A DNA stretch of 30,634 nucleotides from an uncultured Thermococci archaeon (lineage in GTDB: Archaea > Methanobacteriota_B > Thermococci > Methanofastidiosales > NM3): NCBI GenBank assembly GCA_964435645.1, contig CAYSZY010000005.1:1-30634 (forward strand). Reading direction: 5' to 3'. Numbering within the stretch: the first letter of the stretch is position 1; each line of letters begins with the position of its first letter. The notes below the pieces were generated by a model. That model made no database searches. It saw nothing but the letters and a program-made list of their open reading frames with translations, and was not told the origin of the DNA. Below, piece after piece: positions 8,297-17,349 of this stretch. Both the position numbers and the translations under genes were made by a program.

Positions 8297-9106
8297 ATGA
8301 ATCTGGGGGGGCCCATACAGTTTGGAAAGCGGAATCCGCTTTCCGTTATTTTCTTTTTAATAGGGATAATCATAATCATTTTCGTTATCGCAACGCTGTT
8401 TAATCTCCTGTTCAGGCAGCTTATCGTCAATACCGACAATTTCATCCGCGTTTCACAGGACTCCGCGGTACTGCGGTCTATCTGGCTAACGCTCTATACA
8501 TCGTTTATCGCCACTATCATCTCCGTTGTGCTGGGAACTCCTCTGGCATATGTGCTTGCACGCCACCGATTTCCGGGGAGGCAGGTCCTCGAGGCGCTTA
8601 TCGATATCCCCGTTATCATCCCCCATACCGTTGCCGGCATCGCATTGTTTTCCCTGCTTATGCGGAAAGGCACGGTCGGCTCGGTCTTCGAGTCGCTGGG
8701 CATCGTCTTCCAGGATTCCCTTTGGGGAATCGTTGCAGCGATGTTCTTTGTGAGCTACCCGTTTTTCGTCAATGCCGCCAAGGAGGGCTTTGTCAGCGTC
8801 AATCCCAACTACGAGCGCGTGGCGCGAACACTCGGCGCAAGCCAGGCGCGCGCGTTTCGTACCATCGCATTGCCCCTCGCCGCGCCCAACATCGTATCCG
8901 GGGCGATAATGTCCTGGGCACGGGGCGTCAGCGAGTTTGGCGCTGTTGTAATCATCGCCTACTATCCCATGATAGCATCGACCCTTATACTCTACCGATT
9001 CAACACGGGGGGGCTGCAGGAGTCGCAGCCCATCGCGGTGCTGCTTATCATCATCTGCTTTGTAACATTCCTGACAATGCGGCTCGTGTCGCGCAAAAAG
9101 AGGTAA
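8297..9106 (+). CDS. wtpB: molybdate/tungstate ABC transporter permease (CysTW/ModB family)
   Basis: About six predicted TM segments and an EAA-loop-like ARTLGASQARAFRTIALPLAAPNIVSG. The start ATG follows 1 nt after the wtpA stop. Confidence 0.8.
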   Translation: MNLGGPIQFGKRNPLSVIFFLIGIIIIIFVIATLFNLLFRQLIVNTDNFIRVSQDSAVLRSIWLTLYTSFIATIISVVLGTPLAYVLARHRFPGRQVLEALIDIPVIIPHTVAGIALFSLLMRKGTVGSVFESLGIVFQDSLWGIVAAMFFVSYPFFVNAAKEGFVSVNPNYERVARTLGASQARAFRTIALPLAAPNIVSGAIMSWARGVSEFGAVVIIAYYPMIASTLILYRFNTGGLQESQPIAVLLIIICFVTFLTMRLVSRKKR

Positions 9107-9112
9107 TCCCGC

Positions 9113-10174
9113 ATGATCCGCATAGAGAACCTTTCAAACAACTGGGACGACATCTTCGCCCTCAGGGACATCACGCTGCATATCCGGGACGGCGAGTACT
9201 TTGTCATATTGGGCCCCACCGGCTCGGGAAAGACCTTGCTGCTCGAGCTTATCGCGGGCATCTACGTTCCCCGCGAGGGAACCATATCACTGGGGGGGGG
9301 CGATGTCACGCAGCTGTCGCCGGAAAAGCGGAACGTCGGATTCCTCTATCAGGACTATAGTCTCTTTCCCCACTATGATGCCCGGAAAAACATCGGCTAC
9401 GGGCTTGATGTGCGCGGCATGCCGAAAGGCGAGAAGGATGCCCGTGTGGATGAGCTTATCGACCTCCTTTCCATCCGCCATCTCGAGCACCGGGACGTGG
9501 AGACGCTTTCAGGTGGCGAGCAGCAGAAGGTCGGGCTTGCCCGGGCGCTTGCGCCCCGCCCGCGCATCCTCCTTCTTGATGAACCGTTTTCCGCCCTCGA
9601 CGAGTCAACAAAATCGGGGCTTATGGCTGAGATGCGCGCCGTCCATAACAGGGAAAAGGTCACCATCGTCCACGTGACCCATAGCCAGGAGGAGGCCATG
9701 GTCATGGCAGACCGCATCGGCATCATGATGGACGGCCAGATTGTACAGGTCGGCACGCCGGAGGAGATTTTTTATAAGCCGCAATCAACGGATGTTGCAG
9801 CATTCGTAAAGATAGAGAACATATGGTCCGGCATCGTCAGCGAGTCGACGCCAGACTGCGCGACAGTCGACGTGGGCCCTGTGTCCATACTGGCACCTCC
9901 GGACGGCTATGTGGCAGGCGATACGGTCAGGGTCATGCTGCGCCCCGAGGATGTCATACTCGGCGCACCATCCGGGGGAAGCGCCCGAAACACGCTTTCC
10001 GGAATCGTCGTGTCCGTTGAGCCGCGAGGGTTTTACTCGCTTGTGCGTGTTGACTGCGGCATACCCGTCACGGCTGCGGTGACAAAGCAGTCAATGGAGC
10101 GCCTGTCCGTTACCCCTGGGGATGCGATGGATGTGGCATTCAAGCTGACCGCACTTCACGTCATTCCCCAGTAG
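9113..10174 (+). CDS. wtpC: molybdate/tungstate ABC transporter ATP-binding protein with C-terminal TOBE (Mop) domain
   Basis: Walker A GPTGSGKT, signature LSGGEQQKVGLARAL, Walker B LLLDEPFSALD, and a C-terminal oxyanion-binding TOBE-like domain (...LSGIVVSVEPRGFYSLVRVDCG...). Confidence 0.85.
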   Translation: MIRIENLSNNWDDIFALRDITLHIRDGEYFVILGPTGSGKTLLLELIAGIYVPREGTISLGGGDVTQLSPEKRNVGFLYQDYSLFPHYDARKNIGYGLDVRGMPKGEKDARVDELIDLLSIRHLEHRDVETLSGGEQQKVGLARALAPRPRILLLDEPFSALDESTKSGLMAEMRAVHNREKVTIVHVTHSQEEAMVMADRIGIMMDGQIVQVGTPEEIFYKPQSTDVAAFVKIENIWSGIVSESTPDCATVDVGPVSILAPPDGYVAGDTVRVMLRPEDVILGAPSGGSARNTLSGIVVSVEPRGFYSLVRVDCGIPVTAAVTKQSMERLSVTPGDAMDVAFKLTALHVIPQ

Positions 10175-10183
10175 GGTTGTACC

Positions 10184-11392
10184 ATGAACTTGCTCAAGCT
10201 TATCGGATTCGAAGCGGCAACACGTATAATACGGGAGCTTACTGCACCTATCACAGACAGGGAATCGGTACCCGTTTCTGCAAGCAGGGGGCGCGTCCTC
10301 TCTGACGATGTCGTGGCCCCGTATGACGTTCCCGGGTATCCAAAGTCCCAGATGGACGGATATGCGGTACGCGTTTGCGACCTAGCGGGGGCGACAGAGT
10401 CGGCGCCCGTTCCACTCGAGCTTGTCGGCATGGTCCATGCGGGGGACAATCCCCCCTTCTCCATATCGGCCGGAACCTGTGCATATGTCGCCACCGGCGC
10501 AGCCGTTCCCAATGGCGCCGACGCCGTTGTCATGAGGGAGGACTGCGACGAGAGCGATTCCTCGCGCATCGCCGTACGGGTGCCTGCGGTCGCCGGCCAG
10601 CATATCATGAAGCCCGGATTCGATGTTTCGATGGGGGCCGTGCTCTGGCCTGCTGGAACCCGCATAACGCCCCGCATGGTCGGCGTCATGTCCGGTGCGG
10701 GCATCAGTATGGCCAATTGTGTCCGCAGGCCCCGCATAGCGATCATCTCCACCGGCAACGAGATCGTACAGGCAGGCAACCCAGCCGCGTATGGTAAGAC
10801 ACACGACGCCAATGCGCCCTTTTTGTGTGCCTCGGCCGAGGCGGACGGGGCCGATGCCACGTATCTCGGCATTGCCGCAGACGATCCGGATAGCCTTCGC
10901 ACGATCCTTTCCTGTGCCTCCGCATACGATATGATTATCCTTTCCGCCGGTGTGTCCAAGGGGCACCGGGACCATGTCCTCGGGGCCATCGCCGAGGTGG
11001 GCGCCATACATTTTCACGGATTGGCGGTCAAACCGGGAAAACCAACTGTTTTTGCGACAGCCGGCCCCACCGTTATCTTCGGGCTTCCCGGCCATCCGAC
11101 GTCGTGTTTTACCATATACTCCCTTCTGGCGCGCCCGGCCCTTCTGCGGCTCATGGGCATGGAAAACCCTTTAAGTGTCAGTAGGCATCCTTTGAGCAGG
11201 CATCTCTTTGTGCCGATGGGCAGGAAACAGTTTCTGCCGGTCAGGTTCGAAGGCGGCACGGCAGTCCCCCTCTTTCGGGGAAGTGGGGCGCTGAGCAGTT
11301 TCCAGTTCGCCGAGGGATTCGCCGTATTGGGCGAGCATGATGAATATCTTGACGAGGGGGACATAGTGGATGTCATTCATCTAGGCGAGTGA
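10184..11392 (+). CDS. moeA: molybdopterin molybdenumtransferase MoeA (paralog 1)
   Basis: The MoeA_N/MoCF_biosynth/MoeA_C pattern: ...PGYPKSQMDGYAVR..., IISTGNEIV, GVSKGHRDHV, and LPGHPTSCF. Confidence 0.85.
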   Translation: MNLLKLIGFEAATRIIRELTAPITDRESVPVSASRGRVLSDDVVAPYDVPGYPKSQMDGYAVRVCDLAGATESAPVPLELVGMVHAGDNPPFSISAGTCAYVATGAAVPNGADAVVMREDCDESDSSRIAVRVPAVAGQHIMKPGFDVSMGAVLWPAGTRITPRMVGVMSGAGISMANCVRRPRIAIISTGNEIVQAGNPAAYGKTHDANAPFLCASAEADGADATYLGIAADDPDSLRTILSCASAYDMIILSAGVSKGHRDHVLGAIAEVGAIHFHGLAVKPGKPTVFATAGPTVIFGLPGHPTSCFTIYSLLARPALLRLMGMENPLSVSRHPLSRHLFVPMGRKQFLPVRFEGGTAVPLFRGSGALSSFQFAEGFAVLGEHDEYLDEGDIVDVIHLGE

Positions 11393-11396
11393 TGGA

Positions 11397-12287
11397 ATGC
11401 CCAAAGAATCGAGTCCGATAACCACCATACGCATCGCACTGACAAAACGGTGCAATCTTTCCTGCATTTTCTGCCATGGCGAGGGTGAACCGCGCCCCAA
11501 CGGCCATGATTACGAGCTGTCCGCACAGGACATAGATTTCCTTCTTGAGGCAGCATCGCGCCTCGGTATCACCAAGGTAAGATTTACCGGCGGAGAGCCG
11601 CTGCTGCGCACTGATATAGCAGACATCGTCTCATCTGCGTCCCGGCATATGGACGATGTCTCTATTTCTACAAACGGCGTGCTCCTGTCTTCGCTTGCCG
11701 CACCACTCAGGGATGCGGGCCTGTCGCGGGTCAATGTCACCATCAACAGCCTCTCCCCTGAGACGTATGCGTACATGACAGGGTATGACCGTCATGCAGA
11801 GGTCCTCCGGGGCATCGAGGCGGCATATGATGCAGGGCTGACGCCGCTTAAGCTCAACATGGTCCTTATCAAGCGTAACATGCACGAGCTGGATGACCTC
11901 ATCGCTACGATACGGGAGGGCATGATCCTTCAGGTCATAGAGCTTATATCGCCCCGGGAAGGGGAGGGTACTGCCTTTTACCGTGAAAATCATGTGCCGG
12001 TGGGCCCCATCGAAGCGTATCTTGCCGCCCGCTCCACGGATGTGCGGGTACGTACAAAACACAACAGGAAGGTGTATTGCCTGCCACAGCATGTTGAGGT
12101 AGTGGGCTCGATGCACAATCCCCAGTTCTGCCGGAACTGCTCGAGCATCCGCGTGACAAGCGAGGGGTATATCAAAAAATGCCTCTTTGACAACGACCAT
12201 CTCGCGCGAATCGAGGATTTTACCGATGTCGACGCCATAGAGCGGTCCCTGGCGGCCGCTATACGCGAAAAGCACCCGTACTGGTGA
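11397..12287 (+). CDS. moaA: GTP 3',8-cyclase MoaA (radical SAM)
   Basis: CNLSCIFCHGEG radical-SAM motif, VRFTGGEPLLR, and a C-terminal CRNCSSIRVTSEGYIKKCLF second-cluster motif. Confidence 0.9.
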   Translation: MPKESSPITTIRIALTKRCNLSCIFCHGEGEPRPNGHDYELSAQDIDFLLEAASRLGITKVRFTGGEPLLRTDIADIVSSASRHMDDVSISTNGVLLSSLAAPLRDAGLSRVNVTINSLSPETYAYMTGYDRHAEVLRGIEAAYDAGLTPLKLNMVLIKRNMHELDDLIATIREGMILQVIELISPREGEGTAFYRENHVPVGPIEAYLAARSTDVRVRTKHNRKVYCLPQHVEVVGSMHNPQFCRNCSSIRVTSEGYIKKCLFDNDHLARIEDFTDVDAIERSLAAAIREKHPYW

Positions 12288-12535
12288 GCAATGTGCGCGT
12301 CACGGTGAAGTATTTTGCGCGAACACGGGAAGTCGCGGGGGCAACGGGGGAGACTGTTGAGCTGCCGGGCGGTTCAACTGTCGCCGTGCTTGCGCGGCAC
12401 CTGTCACGCAGATACGGCAGGGTGTGGGATTCCCTTCCGCTGCTGTATGCGGTAAACCAGGAGCATGCGGATGAAAATACCATTTTAAATGATGGCGACG
12501 AAGTAGGTATACTGTATCCCGCAAGCGGTGGTTAG
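12284..12535 (+). CDS. moaD: molybdopterin synthase sulfur-carrier subunit MoaD (ThiS/MoaD fold, C-terminal GG)
   Basis: 83 aa ending ...YPASGG. GTG start overlaps the moaA stop; GTG 12293 is an alternative. Followed directly by moaE. Confidence 0.75.
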   Translation: MSNVRVTVKYFARTREVAGATGETVELPGGSTVAVLARHLSRRYGRVWDSLPLLYAVNQEHADENTILNDGDEVGILYPASGG

Positions 12536-12964
12536 ATGATACGCATCCAGCACGACGACTTTTCCATTGATGAGCATGTTCGCGCCATGCGAACCGAGCG
12601 CTGCGGCGCGCTATCCATTTTTGTCGGCACGGTAAAAAGCCCTGTCGACGGGCATGCTGTGCTTGCACTGCAACTCGAGGCGTACGAGTCCATGGCACAA
12701 AAGGAGCTCGAGTCCATCGAGGCGGAGGCACGGGCGCGCTACGGGCTGGGCAACGTGCTGGTCATCCACCGGGTGGGCATGCTGCGACCCGGGGACACCA
12801 TCGTACTTATCATCACCGCGGCCGAGGCGCGTGCAGAGGCATGTGACGGCATGAGGTATATTCTTGAGGAACTCAAACGGAGGGTCCCTCTCTTTAAGAA
12901 GGAACATATGGAGTCAGACAGTTTTTGGCATGGTGAAGAACATGGGACTAACACATGTAAGTGA
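12536..12964 (+). CDS. moaE: molybdopterin synthase catalytic subunit MoaE
   Basis: ALSIFVGTVKSP...VLVIHRVGMLRPGDTIVLIITAAEAR is characteristic of MoaE. ATG is immediately after the moaD stop. Confidence 0.85.
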   Translation: MIRIQHDDFSIDEHVRAMRTERCGALSIFVGTVKSPVDGHAVLALQLEAYESMAQKELESIEAEARARYGLGNVLVIHRVGMLRPGDTIVLIITAAEARAEACDGMRYILEELKRRVPLFKKEHMESDSFWHGEEHGTNTCK

Positions 12965-13400
12965 TTCTGGCGTGAACATGGTGGATATTTCCGCCAAGGC
13001 GCCGAGCGTGCGGACAGCACTCGCCCGCGGCACCATCGGATTGCGGGCCGATACGATAGCGCTTATCAGGGATGACGGCGTCACGAAGGGCAACGTGCTG
13101 GCAACAGCCCAGATAGCCGGCATCATGGCGGCAAAGAACACATCGGCACTCATACCCCTGTGCCACCAGCTTTCCCTTGACCAGGTCAACATATCGTTTG
13201 AGCTGGGCACCGAGGCGATTGTCGCATCATGCACGGCGCAAACGACTCACGGCACCGGGGTGGAGATGGAGGCCCTTGTCGGCGTCTCCACTGCGCTTTT
13301 GGCCATATGGGACATGGTCAAGGCAAACGAGAAGGATGCGGCCGGCCAGTATCCCGTTACCGCAATCACCAACATACATGTCGTACGTAAGGAGAAGTGA
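12942..13400 (+). CDS. moaC: cyclic pyranopterin monophosphate synthase MoaC
   Basis: MGLTHVSDSGVNMVDISAKAPSVRTA...IPLCHQL...MEALVGVSTALLAIWDMVK. Overlaps the moaE 3' end by 23 nt. Upstream in-frame ATGs at 12864/12930 are possible. Confidence 0.85.
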   Translation: MGLTHVSDSGVNMVDISAKAPSVRTALARGTIGLRADTIALIRDDGVTKGNVLATAQIAGIMAAKNTSALIPLCHQLSLDQVNISFELGTEAIVASCTAQTTHGTGVEMEALVGVSTALLAIWDMVKANEKDAAGQYPVTAITNIHVVRKEK

Positions 13401-13404
13401 TGTA

Positions 13405-13902
13405 ATGTCAACGCAATCACACACGTCAAGCGCACCGCGCTCATATTCTTTTTTTGTCATTACCGTATCGGACTCCTGCTATGCCGAGGAGAGCGAGGAC
13501 AGGTCCGGCCCGCTTATCATCTCCGCCCTCGAGGACGGCAACACCTTTGTGGGGTGCACTACCGTGCCTGATGACAAGTCTGAGATAGAGCAGGCGGTCC
13601 TCTCCGCGCTCTACGCCGCAGACTGTGTCATCACCACCGGCGGGACCGGCATCACAAAGCGCGATGTCACCATCGAGTCGGTACGCCCCCTCCTTGACAA
13701 GGAGATACCGGGATTCGGCGAATTGTTCCGCCGGATCAGTTATAATGAGGTGGGCGGCGCCGCTATCATATCGGGCGCGATGGCCGGCGTCATCGACAAG
13801 CGGGTGATATTCTGCCTGCCGGGCAGCGTCAATGCGGTGCGTACCGGCGTTGAGATAATCCGGAGCGAATGTTACCACCTCATCAAGCACGCGAGGGAAT
13901 GA
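13405..13902 (+). CDS. moaB: molybdenum cofactor biosynthesis protein MoaB/MogA family
   Basis: MogA/MoaB fold motifs VITVSD, ADCVITTGGTGITKRDVT, and IFCLPGSVNAV. GGAGAAG RBS-like site 8 nt upstream. Confidence 0.85.
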   Translation: MSTQSHTSSAPRSYSFFVITVSDSCYAEESEDRSGPLIISALEDGNTFVGCTTVPDDKSEIEQAVLSALYAADCVITTGGTGITKRDVTIESVRPLLDKEIPGFGELFRRISYNEVGGAAIISGAMAGVIDKRVIFCLPGSVNAVRTGVEIIRSECYHLIKHARE

Positions 13903-13904
13903 GC

Positions 13905-15089
13905 ATGGGAAAGTTCAAGCGGCTTATGCCATACGACGAGGCGCTGGATGCGATGAGGGCGCACCTCGTGCCGCTTGATACGGAAGAAGCACCCACAATC
14001 AGTGCAATAGGGCGTATCCTGGCTCAGGACGTCATTGCGGATTCGGACTCACCGCCATTCGACCGGGCCGCAATGGACGGGTATGCCGTTATCGCCGCCG
14101 ACACCGCGGCAGCGGGCGCCGTGCTATCCATTGTCGATGCCATCACGGCCGGCGGCATACCTTCGCGCGCCATCTGCAGAGGGGAGGCCGCCCGTGTCAT
14201 GACTGGTGCCATGATGCCCGATGGCGCAGATGCCGTATTGATGCAGGAATACGCATCTGAAACGGACGGTGCGGTAACGGCATTCAAGGCAATCCCCCCC
14301 GGTACCCACATATCCCGCAAGGGAGAGGACATATCCCGTGGCCAGTGCGTACTGAAGAGGGGGGCGATGCTCGCCCCCGAGCATGTCGCACTGCTCGTGT
14401 CCCTCGGCATACGGAACGTTATCTGCTACGCCATGCCACGTGTGGCCATACTCGCCACCGGTGACGAGCTTGCCACCCCGGGAACAGACGTCTCTGCGGG
14501 CCATATCATTGATAGCAACTCAGGCATGCTGACGGGTCTTGCCAGCATGTGCGGGTGTGCGGTAACGCTTTGCGAGACCGTCGCCGATGACCGTGATGCG
14601 CTTCGCGGGGCACTCGCCAGGGCAAGGGGAGCGGCCGATATGGTGCTTGTAACAGGCGGAAGCTCATTTGGAGACAAGGATTATGCCCAAGAGGTGATAG
14701 GCAATCTTGTGTTCCATGGGGTGGCGGTAAAGCCGGGAAAACCATTCGGATTCTCAGAGGGCAGGCAACCAGTCTTCATGATGTCTGGATACCCAGTCGC
14801 CGCGTTTATGCAGATGTATCTTTTTTTCATCCCCTACTTGGAGGCGCTTACAGGCGCCACCATGCTGGCCCGCGTGCTGCTCCCCCTCAGCGAGCAGGTG
14901 GGCACCTCGCTTGGCAGGGCGGTTGTCGTGAGGGCGAGGGTGCATGACGGGATGGCGGTGCCGATCCGCAGGTCGGGCTCAAGCAAGCTGTCCTCGCTGG
15001 CATGGGCCGACGGGTTCGTACTCTCATCCGCCCTGGAAGAGGGGATAAATGCGCATGAGCGCCATGTCTTCACATTTTTCCTTATGTGA
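13905..15089 (+). CDS. moeA: molybdopterin molybdenumtransferase MoeA (paralog 2)
   Basis: PPFDRAAMDGYAV, ILATGDEL, GGSSFGDKDYAQEV, and MSGYPVAAF. A second MoeA paralog at the end of the cluster, as is common in archaea. Confidence 0.85.
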   Translation: MGKFKRLMPYDEALDAMRAHLVPLDTEEAPTISAIGRILAQDVIADSDSPPFDRAAMDGYAVIAADTAAAGAVLSIVDAITAGGIPSRAICRGEAARVMTGAMMPDGADAVLMQEYASETDGAVTAFKAIPPGTHISRKGEDISRGQCVLKRGAMLAPEHVALLVSLGIRNVICYAMPRVAILATGDELATPGTDVSAGHIIDSNSGMLTGLASMCGCAVTLCETVADDRDALRGALARARGAADMVLVTGGSSFGDKDYAQEVIGNLVFHGVAVKPGKPFGFSEGRQPVFMMSGYPVAAFMQMYLFFIPYLEALTGATMLARVLLPLSEQVGTSLGRAVVVRARVHDGMAVPIRRSGSSKLSSLAWADGFVLSSALEEGINAHERHVFTFFLM

Positions 15090-15155
15090 GGGGTGTAACA
15101 ACGGCGCCTTATCCCGTGCAATAGGTATTTAACGGTTGCACGTACCAACAATTCC

Positions 15156-16307
15156 ATGCACATGCCTGCGTATGAAGGGGGAAGCATCGTTAATCTCATG
15201 ACGTCTATCGGGCGGCATTTCGGTGCGTTCCTGCCATACAAACCACTGGAATGCCTGCACGACACCATACGGGCCGGCGATACGGTGGTCCTAGTCGTCA
15301 TAGATGGCCTCGGATACGAATTCCTTCGTGCAAAGGGGGAGGGAAGCGTGCTTTTTTCCCACATGCGGGGGTGGATGACCTCTGCGTTCCCCTCCACGAC
15401 CTCCGCAAGCCTTACCACGTTTGCCACTGGCGTGGCCCCGCAGCAGCATGGCATCACCGGTTGGTTCATGCACCTTAAGGAGGTGGGCATGGTACTCAAG
15501 ATACTGCCCTTTACGCCGCGGCTCGGTTCGACATCCCTTGTGGATATGGGCATCGACCCACTGCAGATTTTTGACCAGCAGACCATATACGACCTATTAG
15601 GCGTTCCCTCTCATTTCGTCACCCATGAGATGTTTGCCGATTCCGTGTATACCCTTGCCATGACCCATGGCGCGCAGGGGCATTACTACACGGACCTGGG
15701 CGGATTCGCCGACTCCGTTTGCGAGGCCGCAACTGCCGGCGGGCAATCATACGTGTATGCGTACTGGCCGAAATTTGATACGGTATCCCACATGCACGGC
15801 ATATCCTCTCCCGAGGCGTATGCCCACTTCCTCGAGATTGACGGTGCCGTTTCTCGTATCATCGAACGGTTGGCCGGCACGAAGACGACGATTATCGTAA
15901 CTGCGGACCATGGCCTCATCGACGTGAAAGAAGAGGACATCGTCAGGCTTGGCGACCACCCAGCCATGGTTTCATGCCTCTCTCAGCCGATCTGCGGCGA
16001 GGCACGGGCGGCATATTGCTATGTGCACCCGTCCAAGGCGGGCGAGTTTGAGAAGTACGTTTCAGAGGCACTTGGAGATATCTGCACCTGCTTTCCCTCG
16101 CATGAGATTGTCGAGAGCGGTTATTACGGGCTGGGGGAACCGCACGCAGCACTCAATGACCGTGTCGGGGACTACATCCTGATTATGCACGACACGCATG
16201 TTCTTGTAGACCGGCTGCTGGGCGAGCCTGATCACATCATGGTGGGGTATCATGGCGGCCTGAGCGAGGGTGAGCTGTTTGTACCCCTTATCATAGCCCG
16301 GTGCTGA
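15156..16307 (+). CDS. alkaline-phosphatase-superfamily protein (type I phosphodiesterase/nucleotide pyrophosphatase-like, PF01663-type)
   Basis: VVLVVIDGLGYEFL...FPSTTSASLTTFATGVAPQQHGITGW...IIVTADHGL is the metal-ligand pattern of the AlkP/NPP family. Confidence 0.65.
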   Translation: MHMPAYEGGSIVNLMTSIGRHFGAFLPYKPLECLHDTIRAGDTVVLVVIDGLGYEFLRAKGEGSVLFSHMRGWMTSAFPSTTSASLTTFATGVAPQQHGITGWFMHLKEVGMVLKILPFTPRLGSTSLVDMGIDPLQIFDQQTIYDLLGVPSHFVTHEMFADSVYTLAMTHGAQGHYYTDLGGFADSVCEAATAGGQSYVYAYWPKFDTVSHMHGISSPEAYAHFLEIDGAVSRIIERLAGTKTTIIVTADHGLIDVKEEDIVRLGDHPAMVSCLSQPICGEARAAYCYVHPSKAGEFEKYVSEALGDICTCFPSHEIVESGYYGLGEPHAALNDRVGDYILIMHDTHVLVDRLLGEPDHIMVGYHGGLSEGELFVPLIIARC

Positions 16308-16387
16308 GCCCTATTCCACGGCGCGGCATCGACGTTACGGCCGCCCTTTCCGAATTGCCTCTTAAGGGCTGGCGAAGAGCAGGCCCT

Positions 16388-16669
16388 ATGCACCACTCGC
16401 CATCCGCACTCCACGGGGTCGCCTGCCCCGCATGCATTCTGGAAGATTATTCGCGCCTTTCTGCAGCATTGAAGAAGTATATCATCTTACGCCAGTCCAT
16501 GACGCCGTACGGCATGCCACTTGTGGCATTGGCACCGTTTTTGGTCCGCTATGCACTTTCCACCACGCAGCTTCAGGACATAATATCCCGCCTGTGGATG
16601 CAGGGGGAAATCGTGCAGGCCGTACCTAATCACTTTGCAGTCGTTTCCATTGGGGACAAAAAGGGGTAA
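16388..16669 (+). CDS. hypothetical small protein in convergent gap (possible winged-helix-like)
   Basis: ORF fills the 380-bp gap between convergent genes. Weak wHTH-like C-terminus (TTQLQDIISRLWMQGEIVQAV). No confident support. Confidence 0.15.
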   Translation: MHHSPSALHGVACPACILEDYSRLSAALKKYIILRQSMTPYGMPLVALAPFLVRYALSTTQLQDIISRLWMQGEIVQAVPNHFAVVSIGDKKG

Positions 16670-16686
16670 TGGCGCGGGAACCAATG

Positions 16687-17031
16687 TTACAAGGGCACCG
16701 CCGGGCGCCTGTCGGGGATGCACTCCACGCTGGTGATGCCCGTACGTACCGCATCTGAAACGTACAGGGCGCAGTAGCACATCCCGTGCTCCGCAATGTC
16801 CGCATCCCTGTAGTCGCACGGGCAGATGATATCGCGGTCCTTTTTTATGTCCCCCGATGCCAGCCTGCAGGGGCATGACATATACCCGTACCGTTCCCTG
16901 TTTTCAAGAAGCCCGGCGATGAGCACTTTCGTCAGGCCCCAATCCTCATTGAGGCAGTATCCCTTGGCACGGGCGCCGGTACGTAGGGCGGCAGCTATCA
17001 TCTGAAGCTGCCTTTCATCATGGGCCGTCAC
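16687..17031 (-). CDS. ferredoxin:thioredoxin-reductase catalytic-subunit-like (FTR-like/FDR) protein
   Basis: CPCRLASGDIKKDRDIICPCDYRD...HGMCYCALY reproduces the CPC-x(n)-CPC-x(n)-C[HY]C pattern of FtrC-type 4Fe-4S/disulfide reductases. Confidence 0.6.
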   Translation of the reverse strand: MTAHDERQLQMIAAALRTGARAKGYCLNEDWGLTKVLIAGLLENRERYGYMSCPCRLASGDIKKDRDIICPCDYRDADIAEHGMCYCALYVSDAVRTGITSVECIPDRRPAVPL

Positions 17032-17303
17032 GCCAGCGCCTCCCGTATCCGTTCCTCGTCAAATCCCAGTATGGCTTTTCCATTTACCAGCAGCGTTGGA
17101 AATGAGAGCGCGGCATTTTTTTCCCGTACCGCTTCTAACGCCTCTTTCCGGTCAGCCCCTTCAAGCCGGTCGACATAGGCGTATCGGTACGCAACCCCCA
17201 TTTCCGTGAGCAGGCCCCGTGTCTTCCTGCACCACCCGCACGTGCTGAGCGCGTAGAGCGTTACATCCCCCTTGTTGGTTCCGTCAACATGATTAAATTC
17301 CAT
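17028..17303 (-). CDS. glutaredoxin/thioredoxin-fold small redox protein
   Basis: VTLYALSTCGWCRKTRGLL...FPTLLVNGKAILGFD has a thioredoxin-fold CxxC. The stop overlaps the ATG of the FTR-like gene (ATGA), suggesting translational coupling. Confidence 0.65.
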   Translation of the reverse strand: MEFNHVDGTNKGDVTLYALSTCGWCRKTRGLLTEMGVAYRYAYVDRLEGADRKEALEAVREKNAALSFPTLLVNGKAILGFDEERIREALA

Positions 17304-17349
17304 AATCCCACCATGTTTATTGGGGGTTGCGGCACAAAAAGGCTTTTGG

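Noticed and set aside
10156-11376. Long - strand ORFs (10156-11007, 10382-11095, 11014-11376)
   Set aside because: Antisense to moeA. Pro/Arg/Gly-rich translations typical of the reverse frame of GC-rich genes.
14834-15586. 250-aa - strand ORF
   Set aside because: It spans the moeA2/alkaline-phosphatase junction antisense to both. No motifs.
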